The notes under the pieces were generated by a model. The model was not told where the DNA came from. It saw only the letters and a list, made by a program, of their open reading frames with translations, and did no database searches. Below, piece after piece: positions 1-5,537 of a DNA stretch of 11,543 nt (position 1 is the stretch's first letter; each line of letters begins with the position of its first letter). The stretch is taken from positions 1 to 11,543 of the forward strand of contig JBHHVG010000054.1 in assembly GCA_046754165.1 (NCBI GenBank). Reading direction: 5' to 3'. This DNA comes from Myxococcota bacterium. Its GTDB lineage: Bacteria; Myxococcota_A; UBA9160; SMWR01. The translations under genes and the position numbers were made by a program.

Positions 1-95
1 TGACGGCCGTGCGAAATGGCCGGAAGATCGTGCTTCAGATCGACGGAACGAAGGATGGCTCCCGGATCGCCATCGCAGTGACCGACGCGGGCTGA
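1..95 (+). CDS. 3' end of an unidentified upstream gene, 5'-partial. The reading frame runs from nt 3, the C-terminus is ...TAVRNGRKIVLQIDGTKDGSRIAIAVTDAG*, and the TGA stop is at 93-95.
   Basis: The open frame runs to the window edge. Third-codon-position GC is high (about 24 of 30 codons), matching the coding bias of the other genes. It is convergent with the SPFH gene, whose stop is at 109-111. Only 31 codons are visible, so no family call is possible. Confidence 0.3.
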   Translation, partial: TAVRNGRKIVLQIDGTKDGSRIAIAVTDAG

Positions 96-108
96 CCCTC
101 CTCTCCGG

Positions 109-888
109 TCACTTCGACTGCTTGAAGAGGGGAAGGTTCGCCTCGGTGGCGACATAGATCACGTTGGGGTTGTCGTTGAGCGTCTTGATCCAGAGGTACT
201 GGAGGTAGGAGTCCGAGAGCGTCGACCGGACGATCTCTTGCGCGCGGGCGGCGCCCTGTGCGCGCGCGACCTCGATCTCGGCGTCCTTCTCGGCCTGCTG
301 CAGCAGGAACTGCTTCTGTTGCACGGCCTGCTCCGCGGTCAGCTTCGCCTCGATGCTCTCCCGGAAGCGCGAGGGGAGCTTGACGTCCCGCAGCAGCACG
401 TCTTCGACGCGAATGCCTCGAGGCTCGAGGTTGACCGTCAGGAACTCCTTGATCTTCGCCGCGATCTCCTTGCGCCCGACCTCGGAGTAGATGTTCTTGA
501 CCGGGTAGCCGCTCACGACGTCGCGCACCGCGTTCCGAAAGTAGGGAACGACGAGGATGTCCACGTAGTTCCAGCCGACTGTCTTGCGGATCGTCGGCGC
601 CTCCTCCGCGACGACCCGGAAGAGCAACGAGGTGTCGAGGCCCACGATCAGGCCCTCGGAAGACGGCACCTGGGCCGTCTCCTTGAGCTCCTGGAGCTTG
701 ATGTTCCAGGTCTCGATCGTGCGGACCACAGGGAACTGCAGGGCGACCCCCTGCTCCACCGGGTCGTCGGAAATGGATCCGAAGCTCTTCGTCACACCGA
801 CTTCACCATCTTCGATCACGACGCAGCCGGATACCAGCGTCAGCGCTGCGAACAGACCCAGGGCGATGATGGGGGTCAAACGATTCAT
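109..888 (-). CDS. SPFH / band-7 (prohibitin/HflC-like) domain lipoprotein, 259 aa
   Basis: This is the C-terminal part of six-frame ORF 109..2577(-). The ATG is at 888-886, preceded on the minus strand by GGAGGAGGG with a 5-nt spacer. The N-terminus MNRLTPIIALGLFAALTLVSGC is a signal peptide ending in the lipobox LVSGC. The body is an SPFH-like beta/alpha domain followed by a coiled-coil-like tail rich in E/A/Q (AEQAVQQKQFLLQQAEKDAEIEVARAQGAARAQEI), as in HflK/C and prohibitins. The stop TGA (revcomp TCA) is at 109-111. The 5' extension of the ORF beyond 888 is an R/G/A-rich shadow frame overlapping the GT gene. Confidence 0.85.
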   Translation of the reverse strand: MNRLTPIIALGLFAALTLVSGCVVIEDGEVGVTKSFGSISDDPVEQGVALQFPVVRTIETWNIKLQELKETAQVPSSEGLIVGLDTSLLFRVVAEEAPTIRKTVGWNYVDILVVPYFRNAVRDVVSGYPVKNIYSEVGRKEIAAKIKEFLTVNLEPRGIRVEDVLLRDVKLPSRFRESIEAKLTAEQAVQQKQFLLQQAEKDAEIEVARAQGAARAQEIVRSTLSDSYLQYLWIKTLNDNPNVIYVATEANLPLFKQSK

Positions 889-901
889 GGAGTCCCTCCT
901 C

Positions 902-929
902 CGAAAGGCCGATTGAATCTCGCCTTTCG
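902..929 (-). other. Intercistronic stem-loop: 8-bp perfect stem CGAAAGGC / GCCTTTCG with a 12-nt loop. It lies between the GT stop (939-941) and the SPFH Shine-Dalgarno sequence.
   Basis: Read directly: 902-909 cgaaaggc and 922-929 gcctttcg are reverse complements. On the minus-strand mRNA the hairpin ends 1 nt 5' of the GGAGGAGGG ribosome-binding site of the SPFH gene. No U-tract follows, so it is not a canonical intrinsic terminator. It is more likely an mRNA processing, stability or translation-modulating element. Confidence 0.25.
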
Positions 930-938
930 CGCCGGAGC

Positions 939-2609
939 TTACCGCACCAACGCGTCGGAGGGTGGTCGCGTGCGATCTCGCCGGCGAAAGACAGCAATCC
1001 AGGCTGCTCGGTCCGCCTGCTTCCAGGCCAACGGCATCAATCCCGTCGCCTCCGCGCCGCCCGCGAATACGTATCCGTCGCCGTCCGCTGCCGGATGGGC
1101 CACGAGCTCCACGCGATAGGCGCGCTCGAGCATCCGTCGGGTGTGCGTGAAGATCGAGTCTGGTGCCCTCGCCAGCGCGCCGGGCGCCGCTGGGGCGGCG
1201 GAGAGAGAGGTCGCCACATTGACCCAGACCACATAGAGGGGACGCGCCGCGTCCACCTCGGCCGCGACCGTGCGCTGGCGTTCTGGCGCATCCGGGAACG
1301 GCCCCGTGAGGGGGTAGAAGAAGATGTAACGGGAAGCGCTCGGACGACCGGCGTAGAACAGGATCTGTGGCTCGGAGCCGACCACGAAGACCCGATCGTC
1401 CGGATCGCTGCGGCTGCGGATGTGTTCTGCAATCCGCAGCGATTCTGGAAACGGGTTCCCGCCGTAGAGGATGCGGGCGATCCGTTCCGGCGTGTCGGCC
1501 GACAGGATCCAGGCGTTCGCGGCGACCGGCGGACCCACGGCGATCGCGACCAGGGCCCCGAGGCCCAGCACCGCCGCGCCCACGTGCCTTTCGTCGAGCC
1601 ACCGGCACGCCAGGCCACCGAGCGCCACCCCGCCCAAGGCCGCGAGGGACGGCAGCATCTGGATGAAGTAGTGGGGGCGAAAGTACAGCCCCGGCGCGAC
1701 GCCGGCGGCGGATGCCAGCAGCCACAGGCCCAGGAACCAGCGGCTGCGACCCGCACGGCCCGGCGCCATCAGGCCCAACGCGGCGGCGCCCGCGAAGGCC
1801 CCCATGCTCGGCCAGAGCACGCCCGCCGCGTTGACGAGCTCGCTCCACCCGGCTGCGGGCGAGCGGACCAGCGCGTAGCGGAAGTTGTGGAGGAGCACGG
1901 CATCGACGAAGGGGGACCAGGCACCGAGCCATGCGAACAGCCCGAGAACCGGCGCGATCACCGCCACGCCGCCCGCCGCGAGAGCCGCGATCGCGCGCAG
2001 GCGTTCGCCCGGGACGCGGCGCAGCGACGCAAACGCGATCGCCGCGACGAAGGCCGCGTTCGCGACGGCCACCTGTTTGAACAGGCACGCAGCGGCCGCA
2101 GTAGCGCCGCACAGCAGCCACCACCGGGAGGAAGACCCCGCCTCGATCGCCCGCAGCAGACAGAACACGGACGCCACCATCGGCAGCAGCATGAAGATCT
2201 CGGTGTTGGCGGCATTTGCGGTGAGGCGCGGATCGGCGCTCGCCACCGCGAAGATCAGGGCCGCGAAGGCGCCGCTCAAGGATCCGGCGAGTCGTCGCAC
2301 GAGCGCGAACAGCAGCGCGGCGGTCGCGGCGCTCCAGACGTGAAGAAAGAGATGAATGCCCTCGCTGGTCTCGCCGAACGCCGCGAAAGCCACGAGGTAT
2401 GCGACGAAGACTCCTGGCGGCTTCTGGTCGAAGACGTCGCGGTATGGGACATCCCCCGCCTGCATGCGCTGGGCGATATACGCGTACTCGCCCTCGTCGC
2501 GCTCGAGCGGCACCGGGAGCAGCGGAACGCGCAGCAGGATGAAGACCGTGGCCGCGACCGCGAGCACCGCCGCACACGCCCAGAGCGTGGGGGCCGTCTC
2601 CTCCCTCAC
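939..2609 (-). CDS. GT-C fold glycosyltransferase, PMT_2 / ArnT-like family (GT39/GT83; polyprenyl-phosphate-sugar dependent). Multi-pass membrane protein, about 556 aa from the proposed GTG start.
   Basis: Six-frame ORF 939..2783(-). The first TM helix (TLWACAAVLAVAATVFILLRV) is followed in the first extracytoplasmic loop by the GT-C catalytic acidic motif ERDEGEYAYIA and the K-P-P motif (FDQKPPGVFVAY) typical of PMT_2/ArnT proteins. There are about 11 or more further hydrophobic helices and a C-terminal soluble domain. The TAA stop is at 939-941. The start is uncertain. The ATG at 2783 would overlap the divergent lipoprotein gene (2681->) by about 100 nt. I favour the in-frame GTG at 2609-2607 (Val59 of the ORF), which is 8 aa before TM1. 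Confidence 0.8.
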   Translation of the reverse strand: MREETAPTLWACAAVLAVAATVFILLRVPLLPVPLERDEGEYAYIAQRMQAGDVPYRDVFDQKPPGVFVAYLVAFAAFGETSEGIHLFLHVWSAATAALLFALVRRLAGSLSGAFAALIFAVASADPRLTANAANTEIFMLLPMVASVFCLLRAIEAGSSSRWWLLCGATAAAACLFKQVAVANAAFVAAIAFASLRRVPGERLRAIAALAAGGVAVIAPVLGLFAWLGAWSPFVDAVLLHNFRYALVRSPAAGWSELVNAAGVLWPSMGAFAGAAALGLMAPGRAGRSRWFLGLWLLASAAGVAPGLYFRPHYFIQMLPSLAALGGVALGGLACRWLDERHVGAAVLGLGALVAIAVGPPVAANAWILSADTPERIARILYGGNPFPESLRIAEHIRSRSDPDDRVFVVGSEPQILFYAGRPSASRYIFFYPLTGPFPDAPERQRTVAAEVDAARPLYVVWVNVATSLSAAPAAPGALARAPDSIFTHTRRMLERAYRVELVAHPAADGDGYVFAGGAEATGLMPLAWKQADRAAWIAVFRRRDRTRPPSDALVR

Positions 2610-2680
2610 CGCGGCATCGGATGCGGCCGTCACGAGCCGAGGAGCTCCATCGAGAGGGATGCTAGCCTCTTCGCTCCAAG
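2610..2680. promoter_or_regulatory. Short divergent intergenic / promoter region between the GT-C gene (-) and the AP-superfamily lipoprotein operon (+)
   Basis: It is about 70 bp between the proposed starts. It contains the 8-bp palindrome GGAGCTCC (2641-2648) and an imperfect dyad GCATCgGATGC (2614-2624). The GAGGG at 2653-2657 is a possible ribosome-binding site, but its 23-nt spacing to the 2681 ATG is longer than typical. No -10/-35 assignment is attempted in this GC-rich context. Confidence 0.3.
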
Positions 2681-4105
2681 ATGGCGGAAGCGCTCCTCCG
2701 TTCGACTGCACCGGGTAGGACCCAACGGCTCCTACTCTCCCTCCCGCTTCTGCTGGTCGGCTGCACTGGAACGCCTCCGGCACCCCGGATCCTCTTGCTC
2801 GTTAGCGTCGACACCCTGCGCGCGGACCACCTCGGCGCCTACGGGGGCACACTCGGCCTCAGCCCGCGCATCGATGCACTGGCCCTCGAGAGCCTCGTCT
2901 TCGACCGGGCGTACGCCCCGACCTCGTTCACCATGCCGTCCATCAGCAGCCTTCTGACCGGGCGCTACCCGGAGGAGATCGGCGTGCTCGGCAATCGATC
3001 GGCGCTCGCGCCGGACATTCCGACCCTCGCCACCGTGTTGCGAGATCACGGATGGGCGACCGCGGCGGTCGTGAGCAACCTGGTCCTGCGCGCCAACTCG
3101 GGCTTGAGCGAGGGTTTCGATCACTACGACGATGTGCTTCCGGGCCGCGAAGCCACGCGTGAATGGTCCGAACGCATCGCCTCGGGCACGACCGACGCCG
3201 CCATCGACGTCCTCGAGGCACTGCCCGCCGACGAGGACACGCGGCTCTTCCTGTGGGTTCACTACCAGGATCCCCACGGACCCTACACGCCGCCCGATGG
3301 GCTGCGCGAGGCGCTGCTCCCGGAGCAGCGAAGACGCCCGGAAGGCCTGCGCCGCCTGACGCCGGCCGAGGGACGCGGTGTTCGCGGGCGGCTCCCGGCC
3401 TACCAGGAGATCGACGGACAGCGCGAGGTCGCCTTCTACCGCGCGGGATACGCCGCCGAGGTGCAGTATCTCGACCGCGAGTTCGGACGACTGCTCGACG
3501 CGCTCTCGGCTCGCGGGCTTGGCGACACGAGCCTCATCGTCTTCACCGCCGACCACGGCGAGAGCCTCGGTGAGCGGGATTACTGGTTTGGCCACGGCGA
3601 GCTGTTGACCGATCCGCTCGTGCGCGTTCCCCTGATGCTGCGGATCCCCGGAGGCGATGCGGGCCGGCGTTCGGATCTCGTGGCCCAGGTCGATCTCTTC
3701 CCCACGCTGCTGCATCTCCTGGAGGGGGTGGCGATCCCCGCCGACGCACGCGGCCGCGACCTGCTGGAAGCCGATGCAGGCTCCGTGGACAGTCTCCCCT
3801 ACCTGGCCAGCCTCGCGAGCTTCCACACCGCGCGATTCGGGATCGTCCTGGGAAATCACAAGCTGATCCTCGTCGAAACCGAACGCGGCTGGCGCCCGGA
3901 GCTGTACCGCCTGGGGCACGAAGACCGCGAGCTCTCCGATCTCGACCCGGAGCGCACCGAGCGCATGCGCGCCGAGCTGCTGGGGCTGCAGGCCGAGCTC
4001 CAGACCGGGCGGCGGGAGAATCTCCAGCGCTTGAGCGACCGCGATCGAAGAAACCTGGAAGCGCTCGGGTACACCGAGAAGCTTTTGGATCCGGGAGTCG
4101 ATTGA
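2681..4105 (+). CDS. Alkaline-phosphatase-superfamily 'sulfatase-like' (PF00884-type) periplasmic lipoprotein, 474 aa. Thr replaces the Cys/Ser formylglycine nucleophile, so it is probably a phosphoester hydrolase/transferase rather than a true sulfatase.
   Basis: The N-terminus MAEALLRSTAPGRTQRLLLSLPLLLVGC has the lipobox LLVGC. The metal-binding block ILLLVSVDTLRADHLGAYGG aligns with the sulfatase N-terminal block (xxLIxxDDLGxxDLGCYG). The nucleophile region PTSFTMPSISSLLTGRYP aligns with sulfatase C-x-P-x-R-AALLTGRYP, but has T-M-P-S-I in place of C-x-P-x-R. Downstream blocks WVHYQDPHGPY and FTADHGESLGERDYWFGHGE correspond to the conserved K/H and DHG metal-site blocks of the superfamily. 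The TGA stop is at 4103-4105. Confidence 0.85.
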   Translation: MAEALLRSTAPGRTQRLLLSLPLLLVGCTGTPPAPRILLLVSVDTLRADHLGAYGGTLGLSPRIDALALESLVFDRAYAPTSFTMPSISSLLTGRYPEEIGVLGNRSALAPDIPTLATVLRDHGWATAAVVSNLVLRANSGLSEGFDHYDDVLPGREATREWSERIASGTTDAAIDVLEALPADEDTRLFLWVHYQDPHGPYTPPDGLREALLPEQRRRPEGLRRLTPAEGRGVRGRLPAYQEIDGQREVAFYRAGYAAEVQYLDREFGRLLDALSARGLGDTSLIVFTADHGESLGERDYWFGHGELLTDPLVRVPLMLRIPGGDAGRRSDLVAQVDLFPTLLHLLEGVAIPADARGRDLLEADAGSVDSLPYLASLASFHTARFGIVLGNHKLILVETERGWRPELYRLGHEDRELSDLDPERTERMRAELLGLQAELQTGRRENLQRLSDRDRRNLEALGYTEKLLDPGVD

Positions 4106-4112
4106 CGGCGCC

Positions 4113-5537
4113 ATGTCCGCACCTTGCCCGTCCGTCCGGAAGCGCCGATCCGCCCCCGCGCGGATCCGCGCCACGCTGGCCGCGTTCGTTCTCCTGCCCG
4201 CTTGTGCGGGTGAACCGGCGCGACCGAACCTGCTGCTGTTGATCACCGTGGACACGCTGCGCGCAGATCGCCTCGGCGCGTTCGGAAGCTCTCTGGGCCT
4301 CACTCCCAATCTCGACGCGCTCGCCGCCCGAAGCGAAGTGTTCACCGCCGCCTATTCCTCCGCTCCCTTCACGCTTCCGTCCGTCGCCGCGATGATGACG
4401 GGCGCCTCCCCAGAAGAGCTCGGCATCGTCGACAACGAATCGGTGCTCCAGGAGACCTTCCCGACACTCGCGTCCATTCTGTGGGAACGCGGCTGGACCA
4501 CCCGGGGCATCGTGGGAAACTTCATTCTGCGCCACAGCAGCGGTATCGACCGGGGCTTCGAACAGTTCGACGACGACTTCGGCCAGTTCGAAGCGGTGCG
4601 GAAGCTGCCGGAACGCGTCGCGGTTTTCACCACCGAAGGCGCCTTGTCCGGACTCGACCAGTGCTCCGCGGCTCCGGCGACACGCTGTTTCATCTGGGTC
4701 CACTACCAGGACCCCCACGGACCCTACACGGCACCGGGAGAGATCCTCGATGCAGAGCTCGAACGGGGGATCGAGCCGCCGGTGCCGAATCCGAACGTTC
4801 CACTGTCGAAGGACCACCTCGGGGTGGGCGGGCTTCCGACCTATCAGGTGCTCGGCGACCACCGCGACGCCGCCTACTACGTCGCGGCCTACCACGCCGA
4901 GATCCGATACGTCGACCGCGAGATCGGACGACTGCTGGACGGGCTCGCGACCCGCGGGCTCGACGCCAGCTCCGTGATCGCGTTCAGCTCGGATCACGGC
5001 GAAGGCCTGGGCGAAGACGACTACTGGTTCGCCCACGGCGAGTACCTGAGCGACGCATTGGTCCGGGTGCCGCTCATGATCCGGGTCCCCGGACGCCCGC
5101 CTGCGGTGCGAACCGACGTGGCCGCGCTCACGGATCTACCCAAGACACTGCTGTCCGCGGTCGGAGCAACCGCACCGGTGCCGCCGCTGGCCGGCCGGGA
5201 CCTGCTCGGCGACGGCGCCGAGAATTCCGAGAGCCGACCCTACATGGCGAACCTCATCGGAGCGACCGGGATCCGCTTCGGGATCGTCGAAGGGGAGTAC
5301 AAGCTGGTGATCACGATGCGCGACGGCGTCTGGGACGGGCGCCTGACGCGCCGCGGCCGCGACGCCATCGACCTCGCCGGAGCGGCCCCCCAGGTCGCCG
5401 CTCCGATGCGCAAGCACCTGAAGCAGATCCGCGCACGCGTGTCCCAGGGGCCGTCGGAGGTCCGCCAGGACCTGTCCACGCAGGACCGCGACGCCCTGCG
5501 CGCCCTCGGTTATCTCGAATCCGCGGAGGGCCGGTGA
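4113..5537 (+). CDS. Second, tandem paralogous AP-superfamily 'sulfatase-like' lipoprotein, also 474 aa, with Thr at the nucleophile position
   Basis: The ATG is at 4113, 7 nt after the upstream stop. The N-terminus ...ATLAAFVLLPACAG has the lipobox LLPAC. The same blocks are present: LLLLITVDTLRADRLGAFGS, APFTLPSVAAMMTG (T-L-P-S-V at the nucleophile site), WVHYQDPHGPY and FSSDHGEGLGEDDYWFAHGE. It is roughly 45-50% identical to the upstream gene over its full length, and both end in ...LGY(T/L)E.... The TGA stop is at 5535-5537. Confidence 0.85.
   Translation: MSAPCPSVRKRRSAPARIRATLAAFVLLPACAGEPARPNLLLLITVDTLRADRLGAFGSSLGLTPNLDALAARSEVFTAAYSSAPFTLPSVAAMMTGASPEELGIVDNESVLQETFPTLASILWERGWTTRGIVGNFILRHSSGIDRGFEQFDDDFGQFEAVRKLPERVAVFTTEGALSGLDQCSAAPATRCFIWVHYQDPHGPYTAPGEILDAELERGIEPPVPNPNVPLSKDHLGVGGLPTYQVLGDHRDAAYYVAAYHAEIRYVDREIGRLLDGLATRGLDASSVIAFSSDHGEGLGEDDYWFAHGEYLSDALVRVPLMIRVPGRPPAVRTDVAALTDLPKTLLSAVGATAPVPPLAGRDLLGDGAENSESRPYMANLIGATGIRFGIVEGEYKLVITMRDGVWDGRLTRRGRDAIDLAGAAPQVAAPMRKHLKQIRARVSQGPSEVRQDLSTQDRDALRALGYLESAEGR

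Noticed and set aside
889-2577. Upstream extension of ORF 109..2577(-) beyond the SPFH start, which would give an 822-aa protein
   Set aside because: It overlaps the GT-C gene in another frame and is low-complexity and Arg/Gly-rich. The SPFH protein has its own ATG at 888 with a strong GGAGGAGGG ribosome-binding site, and a signal peptide immediately after it.
2610-2783. N-terminal 58 codons of ORF 939..2783(-), which would give the GT-C gene an ATG start at 2783
   Set aside because: This start would overlap about 100 nt of the divergent lipoprotein gene, which has a well-formed signal peptide and lipobox starting at 2681. The extension is low-complexity (GGRVGAVGS..., SNGGALPPS). An in-frame GTG at 2609, 8 aa before TM1, is more plausible. 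The true start is still unverified.
4481-5533. First ~350 codons of ORF 4481..7765(+), which would give a 1094-aa TPR protein
   Set aside because: This part overlaps the second AP-superfamily gene in a different frame and is R/P/G-rich nonsense (…RRGRRRLLVRPRRVPERR…). The recognisable protein begins at the TM1/DYDD region. A GTG with a ribosome-binding site overlaps the upstream stop at 5534.
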